Assembly: GCA_016188475.1 (NCBI GenBank)
Contig: JACPHT010000004.1
Span: 1 to 63,264, forward strand
Direction of reading: 5' to 3'
DNA: 63,264 bases
From: Candidatus Uhrbacteria bacterium
GTDB taxonomy: Bacteria > Patescibacteriota > Patescibacteriia > UBA9934 > GWF2-40-263
The number at the start of each line of letters is the position of its first letter. Within the stretch, counting starts at the first letter, position 1. Positions 8,975 to 18,094 of this stretch are shown piece after piece. Under the pieces are notes generated by a model. The model saw only the letters and a list, made by a program, of their open reading frames with translations. It was not told the DNA's origin and ran no database searches. The translations under genes were made by a program, and so were the position numbers.

Positions 8975-10327
8975 TTAGCTCTGGTGCGTCAACCACTCTT
9001 TTGCTTTCTCGCGTGTAAGAATTTTGCCGTCCAATTGTTCATCTCGTAATAAATCGAGAAGTTCGCGAATTTTTGGACCAGCTTGTATCCCAGCATTTAA
9101 TACATCATTACCAGACAGAAGGGAAGGAATCGGTTCTTCATCTTCAACCGACCACAGCTTCAATATCTTTGATTTACGATTTTCAATTGCATTAGCTTCC
9201 GCGTGTTCGTTCAGTGTGCGTAAAAGTTGAACAAAAAATTTTCCACGAGTGTTCATGAACATTGCTTCGAATTTTGAAGCGCGCATTGTTGCTATTGAAT
9301 GTGTATCGTACTTTTTTTGAAGTTGAGCAACAAGCCAAAAAATATCATTCGGTTCAATACGCAGGTCGCTTTCGCGTGGAAGGGAATCAAGACCTGTGAG
9401 CGCGAGTTTTTTTGCAATGTCTTTTTGTTCAAGATTTCGCAAAAGTAAAGTTACAACAAGTGTTATCTGATTCTCTGTTAAAGATTGGATTGGTTTTAGA
9501 AGTGTCGCGTCTGTTTCAAAAAACATGTCCAGGACTCCGGTTGATTTTAGATGTTTGAGTGCGTTAGACGGATTTTTTGTAAAAGTTTTTGCAAGTTCAG
9601 ATCCGATAGTTTCGCGCGGGACAATGTATTCAAATTTACTGCCTTCGACAGGCTCAGGCGATAATTTTTCTTTTGTATAATTAATATGTGTGATTTGTTT
9701 TTGAATCGCTCGCGCAGTTTTTTCTTCAATTTCAAAATTTAATTCTGAAGCGAATCTAACCCCACGCAACATGCGTGACAAATCTTCTTTGAAGCGATCT
9801 GATGGTTTTCCAACTGCGCGGATGAGACGCTGTTCAATGTCTTTTATTCCTTTGAATGGGTCATGTAATTCTCCTGTTCGCATGTCAACTGCCATTGCGT
9901 TGATTGTAAAATCGCGTCGCGAAAGATCTTTTTTGATTGGAAGTTTTGCATCTGATTGCACGTCAAATTCTTTGTAACCGCCGCAACTTTCTAAAGAAGA
10001 TTTTTCAGTGCGTGGGAGAGCGATATCTACAAAAGGATTATCAGCGTGGCTATGACCTACAGGCATAAATTTGTACACACCGAACGTTTTTCCGACAAAA
10101 TCAAGTTTCCCTCGCGACTCAAACCATTCTTCGATTTTTTCTTTTTCAAGAAGTCGAATTACAAAATCGAAATCCATTTTTTTAGTGCGACGTTTTAATA
10201 AAATATCTCTTACCGCGCCTCCGACCAAAAATAATTCCGCATTAGGAAAGTCATTCAAGAATTCTTCAACAAAAAAAAGCGCACTGTGCGATTTGCAAAT
10301 TTGAATCATTTCCTCCTTTAGATTCAT
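8975..10327 (-). CDS. cca: CCA-adding enzyme / poly(A) polymerase-family tRNA nucleotidyltransferase
   Basis: It carries the GGAVRD motif (LVGGAVRDILL), RRDFTINAMA and the ED..RMLRGVRFA helix, all characteristic of class-II nucleotidyltransferases. Confidence 0.85.
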   Translation of the reverse strand: MNLKEEMIQICKSHSALFFVEEFLNDFPNAELFLVGGAVRDILLKRRTKKMDFDFVIRLLEKEKIEEWFESRGKLDFVGKTFGVYKFMPVGHSHADNPFVDIALPRTEKSSLESCGGYKEFDVQSDAKLPIKKDLSRRDFTINAMAVDMRTGELHDPFKGIKDIEQRLIRAVGKPSDRFKEDLSRMLRGVRFASELNFEIEEKTARAIQKQITHINYTKEKLSPEPVEGSKFEYIVPRETIGSELAKTFTKNPSNALKHLKSTGVLDMFFETDATLLKPIQSLTENQITLVVTLLLRNLEQKDIAKKLALTGLDSLPRESDLRIEPNDIFWLVAQLQKKYDTHSIATMRASKFEAMFMNTRGKFFVQLLRTLNEHAEANAIENRKSKILKLWSVEDEEPIPSLLSGNDVLNAGIQAGPKIRELLDLLRDEQLDGKILTREKAKEWLTHQS

Positions 10328-10348
10328 ACGAGCAGATTATACATGAAA

Positions 10349-10380
10349 ATTTATTCCTTCGACAGGCTCGGGAGATAAAT
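10349..10380. repeat. stem-loop repeat with a conserved core (CCTTCGACAGGCTCGGG), complement orientation
   Basis: The sequence is atttat-tccttcgacaggctcgggag-ataaat. It belongs to a roughly 60-bp unit that is repeated at 10513-10575. Confidence 0.85.
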
Positions 10381-10469
10381 ATTATTAAGCTCAGAAAATA
10401 GATTTTGTTCTGTGTATAACTAGTTTTGTATACACTGGTGTATGCAAAGAAGTATAAAACAGCGTGTCG

Positions 10470-10497
10470 TTATACCCTGAGCTCGTCGAAGGGATAA
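10470..10497. repeat. stem-loop repeat, core CCCTGAGCTCGTCGAAGGG
   Basis: The sequence is ttata-ccctgagctcgtcgaaggg-ataa. Confidence 0.8.
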
Positions 10498-10512
10498 TGA
10501 CAATAAGTTCGG

Positions 10513-10548
10513 AAATTTATTCTTTCGACAGGCTCAGGAGATAAATTT
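10513..10548. repeat. stem-loop repeat, core CTTTCGACAGGCTCAGG
   Basis: The sequence is aaatttat-tctttcgacaggctcaggag-ataaattt. Confidence 0.85.
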
Positions 10549-10680
10549 TATTAAGCTCAGGAACTAGATTTTTTGAATTTCGTGATTTATTTTTTTAACT
10601 TCTCCAACTTTTTTATCTTCTTCAGCTTCTTGATTTCAGTACTTATGCACAGTTATTTACTTTCTGCTATTTCATTATCT

Positions 10681-10689
10681 TGATATAAT
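10681..10689 (+). promoter_or_regulatory. candidate extended -10 (TGATATAAT) for the surface-protein operon
   Basis: tgatataat lies 74 nt upstream of the ATG at 10763. The -35 element is weak. Confidence 0.35.
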
Positions 10690-10762
10690 TCTTGTGAAAT
10701 TTTGAGGCACCCACCTCATACTAACTTTTAACTTCGGTCTAAAAAATTTTTTCTTATTTACT

Positions 10763-12208
10763 ATGAAAAAGATAGCCGTCATTTTACTTAGTTTCGCGTT
10801 TGCATTCGCGAACATCGGCATCTTCACAGCACAGGCCGCCACAGCGGCTACGCTTTCACTGTCCCCAACAAACACGACAGTCAAAACAGGGGACAGTTTT
10901 TCATTAAGCGTGCTTGTGAATCCGAACGGGGAGTCGCTCGACACAGCTCGTGTCAATTTGAGTTGGGACGCAACCAAACTCGAGGCACAAGCTTTTGAAC
11001 TTGGGAGTTTATTTCCAAATCTTTCCCCATCTAATTCAATTAGTAACACAGCTGGAACTTTGAGTTACGGTGCTTATAAATTTGGAACAGCGGTTACAGC
11101 ATCGGGAACTCTTGGAACAGTAACTTTCAGAGCATTGGCTTCTGGAAGCGCGACGGTTTCTGTTTCAAGCGATTCAAAACTTATCAGTGATGGCGCAGAA
11201 AAAATAAATACAAGTGCGCTTGGAAAAACAACAGTTACAATTTCCGGAGTTGCAGTTAAGACCGAGGCTCCGTCAACTGTTGGCGATACAACAACTACAA
11301 CAACCACCAGCACATCAGCAAGCGCTGAAGCGGCCGCTTTGAAATACTTTGGAGCGATCGCCGGGCACCTTCCATCAACAGCGGCGGATTGGGCGGCAAA
11401 TAAATGTATTGCGTATGGTGGATGCCAGGCAAGTCCACGCGATCTTGATAAGGAACAAAAAGCATTGACACTTTACACAAAGAAATACAACGCGCTTCCG
11501 GCAACAAGCATGGAGTGGAATGTGATTCACGCGATTGCGTATACGAACGTGTTTATCAATTGGGAATCGACGAAGACGGTTACAACTCCAGCAGTTACAG
11601 TCACAACACCTGCAACAACACCGACCGCAACAACAACTGCGCCAAAAGCAGAAGCGGCTAATCCTGAAAAAGATGCTTTGAAATATTTTGGCGCGTTTTA
11701 TGGTCGTATGCCTGCTTCAAGTGAGGATTGGGCGGCACTCAAGTGTATGGCTTACGGTGGATGTCAAGGTAGTCCTCGTGATGTTGAAAAAGAGAAAGCA
11801 GCGCTCAAAGTGTTCGGCGCAAAGTATGGAAAACTTCCATCCACTTCTCTTGAGTGGAATGTTTTGAATACGATCGCTTACAAATTAACTGTGAGCACAA
11901 CGACAACAACCACTACAACTACGACAGCTCCAGCAACTTCGACAACCACAACCACCACAACAACGAAGGAACTAACTATTGAACAGCAAGCGATTGGTTG
12001 GTTTGGAAAAATATACGGCCGTCTTCCATCTCTGACCGCAGATTGGAATGCTGTTAAGTATATGGTGAGCGGTTACAAACCAGCCAAACAAGATTTAGAT
12101 GCGGAATCAGCCGCAATAAAACTTTTTGCCAGTAAGTTTGGTCACTTACCTTCATCTGATCAAGACTGGAACATTATTGCCGCAATAGCTTATTCAGGAG
12201 CCAAATAA
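10763..12208 (+). CDS. secreted cohesin-domain protein with Thr-rich linkers and six 'FG-x3-G-x-LPS-x3-DW-x7-AY' half-repeats
   Basis: The signal peptide is MKKIAVILLSFAFAFANIGIFTAQA. A cohesin-like beta-sandwich segment follows (ATLSLSPTNTTVKTGDSFSLSVLVNP...VNLSWDATKLE...GTLGTVTFRALASGSATVSV). After that come three roughly 70-aa repeats (ALKYFGA..G.LPS...DWAA.KC.AYGGCQ.SPRD...) separated by poly-Thr linkers. Confidence 0.8.
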   Translation: MKKIAVILLSFAFAFANIGIFTAQAATAATLSLSPTNTTVKTGDSFSLSVLVNPNGESLDTARVNLSWDATKLEAQAFELGSLFPNLSPSNSISNTAGTLSYGAYKFGTAVTASGTLGTVTFRALASGSATVSVSSDSKLISDGAEKINTSALGKTTVTISGVAVKTEAPSTVGDTTTTTTTSTSASAEAAALKYFGAIAGHLPSTAADWAANKCIAYGGCQASPRDLDKEQKALTLYTKKYNALPATSMEWNVIHAIAYTNVFINWESTKTVTTPAVTVTTPATTPTATTTAPKAEAANPEKDALKYFGAFYGRMPASSEDWAALKCMAYGGCQGSPRDVEKEKAALKVFGAKYGKLPSTSLEWNVLNTIAYKLTVSTTTTTTTTTTAPATSTTTTTTTTKELTIEQQAIGWFGKIYGRLPSLTADWNAVKYMVSGYKPAKQDLDAESAAIKLFASKFGHLPSSDQDWNIIAAIAYSGAK

Positions 12209-12221
12209 GCGAACTCCACCT

Positions 12222-13097
12222 ATGAGAATACTTAAATTATCAATTCCTCTCATTGCTCTGATGTTGGCGGCTTTTCCACTTGGAGTGGGAGCTGTTTCGT
12301 CAACCAGTTATCAGATCATTCCAGAACAAGGGTTTCTTTCAACTCACGGAGTTGAGGCAACCTCAGCAAGCTATCAGCTTCAAGGCGCAATAAGCGCTGT
12401 TGCTGGAAATCCAACCAGCAGTAGTTATGAACAAGAAACCGGCGAAGGTTTTGAGTTTTATTGCGGAGACGGGTTCGTTGATCCTGCAGGAGCTGGAGGA
12501 ACACCAGCGGCAGAGTCCTGCGATGGAAACGCACTAAATGGCGCAACGTGTTCAACTCAAGGATTTGCAAGCGGAACTCTAACATGCAGTAGCACTTGTG
12601 CTTATGTCACATCAGCTTGTAACACTGGTGGAGGCGGTGGCGGAGGTGGAGGCGGAGGCGGAAGTTCTGCGGCAGTACCAGATGCGCCAGGGGTTGGCGA
12701 CACAATAAAAACTCTCGGGTTTAGTTATAAAAATTCTTTCCTCTTATTTGGAACAAACAGTTCAACAACAACAAGTTTGAAAGTGAATGATTCTTCAACA
12801 GGTGTCACATTCCCGACAACGACTTCTTGGCAAAAAACTGTAACTCTCGCGTACGGCCTAAACACATTCAAAATTATCGCCAGTAACTCAACTGGAAATT
12901 CTACAGAAACAGTTTACGAACTTTACCGACGACTGGTTGGCGATATTACTCAAGATAGCAAAGTCAACGACTACGATCTAAGCAAACTTGTAAAGCTATG
13001 GGGAGGAAAAGATCGAGGAGGAGACTTTAATGAAGATAGTGTAGTGAACGATTACGACTTTTCAATGATGGTAGCTCGATGGGGAACAAGCGTCTAA
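12222..13097 (+). CDS. secreted dockerin-containing protein (Cys-rich CGDG repeat, poly-Gly linker, C-terminal type-I dockerin)
   Basis: It has a signal peptide. The segment FYCGDGFVDP...ESCDGNALNGATCSTQGF...CSSTC resembles the Myxococcus cysteine-rich repeat. A G12 run follows. The C-terminus has two EF-hand-like dockerin loops, DITQDSKVNDYD-LSKLV and DFNEDSVVNDYD-FSMMV, with D/N/T at loop positions 1, 3, 5, 9 and 12. Confidence 0.8.
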   Translation: MRILKLSIPLIALMLAAFPLGVGAVSSTSYQIIPEQGFLSTHGVEATSASYQLQGAISAVAGNPTSSSYEQETGEGFEFYCGDGFVDPAGAGGTPAAESCDGNALNGATCSTQGFASGTLTCSSTCAYVTSACNTGGGGGGGGGGGGSSAAVPDAPGVGDTIKTLGFSYKNSFLLFGTNSSTTTSLKVNDSSTGVTFPTTTSWQKTVTLAYGLNTFKIIASNSTGNSTETVYELYRRLVGDITQDSKVNDYDLSKLVKLWGGKDRGGDFNEDSVVNDYDFSMMVARWGTSV

Positions 13098-13126
13098 GAA
13101 TCAAATGAACAAAAAGGAGGAAGCAA

Positions 13127-14371
13127 ATGAAAAGTATGAAACAATTTATTGTCGGACTAATCATCCTAGCTTCCTCCATAGCTCCTTTTTCAGCGCTTGC
13201 GGCAGGTTCAGCAGAAATGGGATTTTCACAAACAAACGTGTCAGTTGAAAAAGGCGACAAGTTTGATCTCACGGTTACGTTTGACGCGAAGTCTGAAAAA
13301 ATTGACACAGTGCGAAGTGTTGTCACATTTGATCCGACAATTCTAAAAGCGGAATCAGTGGCTCTTATCGGTCAATTCAATCGAAACGCGCCTGGAAATT
13401 ACATTGACAACAAAACAGGAAAAGTTTTTTGGGGCGGATTTACTCTGGAAGCTCTTAAAGAAACATCAGGTTCATTGCTCAAAATAACTTTTTCTGCGAA
13501 ACAGCCAGGCGAGGCAACAGTGGCGATTGATCCTGAATCAAAAATGATAAGCAACGGCGAAGAGAGAATCAACACGAAAAAACTCGGATCAGTAAAAGTA
13601 GTTGTGGCAGAGGCAAAATCAGCAGACCCAAATCTTTCAGTGATAACTGTTAACAGCTCAACACATCTTGATGAATCAGAATGGTATCCGAATAATTCTG
13701 TAAAAGTTGAATGGGTTGAGCTCAAAGGCGACAGCGAAATAACGGGGTACTATTACAGCTTTGATGAAACATCAAACAGTGATCCAACAAAATTTGTTCC
13801 ATCAACGCAAACGACGGCTGATTTCAATAAAGTGAAAGATGGAATCCACTATTTTCACATCAAAGGTGTTCAGAAGGATGGGAAAACAACAAAGACTGTT
13901 CATCGTCAATTCAAGGTTGATGTAACAAAACCAAATCCAGTTTCACTAACAGTATCATCAGAACAACTTATTGAAGGAGAATCTCTGTGGCTCACGTTTG
14001 CAACAACAGATGAAATGTCAGGTGTGCTCCAGTATCAAGTAGCTTTGAACACTAGCGCGTTTCTTCCTCAGGAAAGTCCGATGGAACTTACTGATCTGAA
14101 ACCAGGCACATACTTTGTCCGAGTCGCGGCGCTTGATCGAGCAGGAAACGTAACTTATCAAGGGCAAAGCGTGCGTGTGTACCCAGAAGGAACCGAAATT
14201 CAACGACCTGAAGGATACGAACAAAGTTCAGAAATTAACGCGATTACCAAATCTCCAAGCAATGAAAGTGAACAAAAAAATAAAAACCGTAACCTGTTGA
14301 TAACTATCGTGTTGGGAGCGCTCATCGGTTTTGGTATAATTTACGCAATGAAATTTAAAAAAATTAAATAA
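13127..14371 (+). CDS. membrane-anchored cohesin-domain protein (signal peptide, cohesin, Ig-like domains, C-terminal TM helix)
   Basis: The RBS is AGGAGG. The cohesin-like segment is MGFSQTNVSVEKGDKFDLTVTFDAKSEKIDTVRSVVTFDPTILKAES...GSLLKITFSAKQPGEATVAI. The C-terminal anchor is NLLITIVLGALIGFGIIYAMKFKKIK. Confidence 0.8.
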   Translation: MKSMKQFIVGLIILASSIAPFSALAAGSAEMGFSQTNVSVEKGDKFDLTVTFDAKSEKIDTVRSVVTFDPTILKAESVALIGQFNRNAPGNYIDNKTGKVFWGGFTLEALKETSGSLLKITFSAKQPGEATVAIDPESKMISNGEERINTKKLGSVKVVVAEAKSADPNLSVITVNSSTHLDESEWYPNNSVKVEWVELKGDSEITGYYYSFDETSNSDPTKFVPSTQTTADFNKVKDGIHYFHIKGVQKDGKTTKTVHRQFKVDVTKPNPVSLTVSSEQLIEGESLWLTFATTDEMSGVLQYQVALNTSAFLPQESPMELTDLKPGTYFVRVAALDRAGNVTYQGQSVRVYPEGTEIQRPEGYEQSSEINAITKSPSNESEQKNKNRNLLITIVLGALIGFGIIYAMKFKKIK

Positions 14372-14416
14372 AGATCCAAAATTAATCAGCGTTTCTAACG
14401 CACCCTTTAACAAACT

Positions 14417-17400
14417 ATGAAAACCGCCAAAATATTTCTGCACTCGTTGGTCGGGATTTCGATGGTGTTTTACACCCTCGCCATCGCCCTTCTGGCAGTG
14501 CCGTCCGTTGCCAGTGCGCAGGTTCCAACCTCCATTGGTTACAGTGGACGACTCTTTAACGCATCAGGTACGGCATTATCCGGAACCTATTATTTCTGGT
14601 TTGACCTCGAAGACGCCTTAACTCTCGGATCGACAACAGCGTCAAACATCCAAGGTGTTACTGCGGCAGGAGCCGCGGCAATCACCGTGACCAACGGATT
14701 TTTCACATTGGAAATTCCTGTTGGAACAGATTTGGGAGACTTTACAGACGACCTTTATCTTGAAATGAAAGTTCATACCGCAGACGCGGTTGCAAGCGCG
14801 GAAACGCTTTCGCCTCGCGTTCGTATTTTGAAAAATCCTTATTCAGTATTCACACAAGCGGTTCAAAATTCCGCGGCTGACCCATCAGTCGCATTTAGCG
14901 GTGAGATGTATTACGACACAGATACAAACGACTTGAAGTGGTACAACGGAACTTCTTGGTTGCGATTGGCATCGAATTTGGACACGGCTTATAACAATTT
15001 TGGCGCTACTGCTTCCAAAATTACTGTTGACGCGGCAGAAAGCCAAACAGGCGGGCTTGAATTTGAATTGTCAGCAACAAACAATCCAAACTTAATTTTT
15101 GATACACAGGGAACAGGAGATGTAATTTTTCAAGATGCTGGCACAGCATGGTTTACGATTTCTGACGGACAGGCAATTACTTCAACCGGATCAGGAGCAA
15201 TTTCATTGGCTCCAGGTGCCGCTTCAAACATTACAACTTCAGCAGGTGATTTAACACTTCAAGCTTCGGCGGCTTCTGTGAACATTGTTGGAGTTGAAGC
15301 TGACGCTGCCGCAATTTTACTTGACGCGAATAACAACGCGGCAGGTGGAATTGATATCGACGCAGGAACGGGTGGAGTTGCGTTGGATACAACAGGAGCT
15401 TTTTCAATTGACGGCGCAACAGCCTCTAACGTAACAGTTACAGGTTCAGGAATAAGCTTGACCCTCGCGGCCGCTGGCGGTGGCGCGCAGTCGCTTGTCT
15501 TGAATTCTGCTGGAACTGGAACAAACGCGATTGATATCAATGCGACAGCCGGCGGAGTGGATGTAGACGCGGTAGGTGTTGTAACAATTGACGCGGCTGG
15601 AATTTCGAATTTTTCAACTTCAGTAGGAACACTCACACTTGGAACTTCAGCAGGTGGGACGTCATCAAGTTTGATTTTGAGCTCTGCTGACACTTCCAGC
15701 GATGCAATTTTACTTGATGTTGACGGATCTGCCGGTTCTGGGATTTATCTTGATGCATATGATTCAGCCACAAACACAACCGGTGTCATAACCCTTGATG
15801 GTGCTTCAGTTTCTATAAACAGTTCCGGATCGTCCGGAATTGCTCTTTCAGCCGGTGATTCCGGTCCGATTGCGATTGCGACAACAGGCGCCGCTCTTTC
15901 CATTACCGGTGGTGGAACAAACGGAACAGTGAGTATCAGCAGCACACTTCAAGATGTTACATTGGAAACAGTGGCATCCAGTCGAACTATTGGAATTGGA
16001 GCCAGTAATACTCCAACAACAAGAACAATTAACATGGCAACTGGTTCCGGAACAGATACAGTAACTTTTGGTGATGCGACAGGATCGGACCAGTTTAATC
16101 TTATTTCTGGTGAGAGTACTAACGATATTTTTGATGTTACTTTTGCATCTCTCACAACAGCTGATGCGTTTGATATTGATACAGCCGCTTTAACAACGGG
16201 CGATGTGTTTGATATTACATATACAGGCACAACAGGTTCCGCGATTCGTATCACGGATTCAACTGCCGCCAGTGCATCTAGCATGATTTTGATGGCAAAC
16301 ACGGCAGCAGATGTAACGGCACAGACATACTTAATTCAGGGAACATACACAGATACAGCTGACGCAGAAGCAGACTTCCTATTGTTTGCAGATAATGCAG
16401 GAGATGCTCAGTTTGCGATTAACACTGATGGAAATACTGTAATTACTGGAACCTTACTTGGTACAGATGCACTTACATTAACAGCAGGTGACATTCTCGT
16501 CTCAAGCGGTAATTTTGATCTAACTTCTGGAGACTTCAATGTCGGAGTTATAGATGCGCAATCTGTAAACATTGACGGTGATGGTTCACCAACCGCTGAC
16601 ATTCTTTCTATCGGAGTTGGCGACACATCTGCGACAGATGGCGTTGATGCACTTTTGATTACAAGCAATATATCTGGAGCTTCTGGAACAGCGCTACACT
16701 TTGATCCAGACTACACAACAGGAGTGGCTGATAATTACAGCGTGATTTCCGTTGACGCATTTACTGCCGCTACAACCGCAAACGTTGCAAGTGCAGTAAA
16801 AGGACTTGATATAGGTAATTTGACACAGACAGAAAACACGCTTAACGATATTACCGCAACCGCCGTTGACATCGGAACAGGATGGGATGTTGGTCTTGCG
16901 ATCGGATCAGGAGGTGTGCAACTTGACGATAATATAAGCATTTTGTTCGGCACAGGCTTAGATACAGCTTTCCGTTGGGATACTACTGACGCGAACGCAA
17001 ATGAGATGATTGTCGCAATGCCAGAAGGCGATGGTACAAATGTGCCTGTCTATGTAGTTGGAGACGCTTCGATAATCGGCGCGGATCTCGGATTTTTTAA
17101 TGGAGTTACAGACCCGACAATCGCTATTGTTTCAGATGATGGTGGAGATTATGCGCGATTCTCCGTGAGCGATGCCGGAATTCTAACTATTGATACTGTC
17201 ACAGCAGGTTCAGACATAGTGTTCACACCGGTTGATGAAGCTGTATACACATTGGCGGCAGGCGGTGCGGTTGTCATCGATGCGGCTTCAACCGATTCAA
17301 CTGAAACAACAGGAGTCATTAATCTTGATGTAGATTCTTCTGCTGCAAACGTTGGTATTGATGTTGACTCTGAAGTCATCGATGATGATGCTATCGATAC

Positions 17401-18094
17401 CCAAGCAGGTGCGAAGATCACAATGACAAACAGTGCAAACGATTCCGATGTTGTATACGGTTTGCAAGTTGCTGAACTTGGTGGTGCGGCTTCGGGTGGA
17501 AACGAATACGCTATCTACCAAGCAGGAACAGCATGGGATCTTGGACTCAAAGTTGAAGACGCAGTTGATATTGATGGATCCGCAAACATTGCAGACACAA
17601 CAGCTGGATCTGACGTTGCCATGGGGAACGCAACAGGAAACCTAACCTTCTTGTCTGACAATGCTGATTTCGGACTAACAGACGCAACAGACAACGTGTT
17701 CCAGCTTGTTAACGCAACTAATTCCCGCACATATCTTGACGTTGATGCTGGAGCCGCGGACACAGTCACTCTTGGTAACTCAACTGACGTTACAGCAATT
17801 GCTGGTTCTGCCACTTCAACCATTACACTTGGCACAGCCTTCACAGTTGCCGCAACAACAGGCGCGACTATCATTGCAGGTTCTGCCGAAGGCACAGCCG
17901 CTCTAACACTTACAGCAGGTGATGTTGTTCTTACAGACGGAGATATCACATTGACAAGCGGTCAGATTGAGATCCCGGACAACACAGCTTCTTTCACAGT
18001 TTTGGAAGATGCAACAGGTGGAGCAGACTATTTGGCCATTGCAACAACAGATGGTTCTGAGACAATGGTTTTGTACAACAGATGGAACTGGTGA
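14417..18094 (+). CDS. giant Thr/Ala/Gly/Asp-rich surface fibre protein, N-terminal part (reading frame ends at a probable frameshift)
   Basis: 1225-aa ORF. The signal peptide is ...LLAVPSVASA. The body is long and low-complexity, of the beta-helix type. It ends 27 nt after a 219-bp repeat. The downstream ORF continues the same composition in the +1 frame. Confidence 0.75.
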   Translation: MKTAKIFLHSLVGISMVFYTLAIALLAVPSVASAQVPTSIGYSGRLFNASGTALSGTYYFWFDLEDALTLGSTTASNIQGVTAAGAAAITVTNGFFTLEIPVGTDLGDFTDDLYLEMKVHTADAVASAETLSPRVRILKNPYSVFTQAVQNSAADPSVAFSGEMYYDTDTNDLKWYNGTSWLRLASNLDTAYNNFGATASKITVDAAESQTGGLEFELSATNNPNLIFDTQGTGDVIFQDAGTAWFTISDGQAITSTGSGAISLAPGAASNITTSAGDLTLQASAASVNIVGVEADAAAILLDANNNAAGGIDIDAGTGGVALDTTGAFSIDGATASNVTVTGSGISLTLAAAGGGAQSLVLNSAGTGTNAIDINATAGGVDVDAVGVVTIDAAGISNFSTSVGTLTLGTSAGGTSSSLILSSADTSSDAILLDVDGSAGSGIYLDAYDSATNTTGVITLDGASVSINSSGSSGIALSAGDSGPIAIATTGAALSITGGGTNGTVSISSTLQDVTLETVASSRTIGIGASNTPTTRTINMATGSGTDTVTFGDATGSDQFNLISGESTNDIFDVTFASLTTADAFDIDTAALTTGDVFDITYTGTTGSAIRITDSTAASASSMILMANTAADVTAQTYLIQGTYTDTADAEADFLLFADNAGDAQFAINTDGNTVITGTLLGTDALTLTAGDILVSSGNFDLTSGDFNVGVIDAQSVNIDGDGSPTADILSIGVGDTSATDGVDALLITSNISGASGTALHFDPDYTTGVADNYSVISVDAFTAATTANVASAVKGLDIGNLTQTENTLNDITATAVDIGTGWDVGLAIGSGGVQLDDNISILFGTGLDTAFRWDTTDANANEMIVAMPEGDGTNVPVYVVGDASIIGADLGFFNGVTDPTIAIVSDDGGDYARFSVSDAGILTIDTVTAGSDIVFTPVDEAVYTLAAGGAVVIDAASTDSTETTGVINLDVDSSAANVGIDVDSEVIDDDAIDTQAGAKITMTNSANDSDVVYGLQVAELGGAASGGNEYAIYQAGTAWDLGLKVEDAVDIDGSANIADTTAGSDVAMGNATGNLTFLSDNADFGLTDATDNVFQLVNATNSRTYLDVDAGAADTVTLGNSTDVTAIAGSATSTITLGTAFTVAATTGATIIAGSAEGTAALTLTAGDVVLTDGDITLTSGQIEIPDNTASFTVLEDATGGADYLAIATTDGSETMVLYNRWNW
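17849..18067 (+). repeat. 219-bp direct repeat, copy 1 (inside the fibre gene)
   Basis: The stretch from gccgcaacaacaggcgcgactatcattgcagg to gatggttctgagacaatg is identical to 18624-18842 except for 1 nt (ctt versus cta). Confidence 0.9.

Noticed and set aside
17967-18068. The first 34 codons of the 753-aa ORF (MRSRTTQLLSQFWKMQQVEQTIW...)
   Set aside because: This stretch is repeat copy 1 read out of frame. The same DNA is read in the other frame both here (ORF 14417) and in copy 2.
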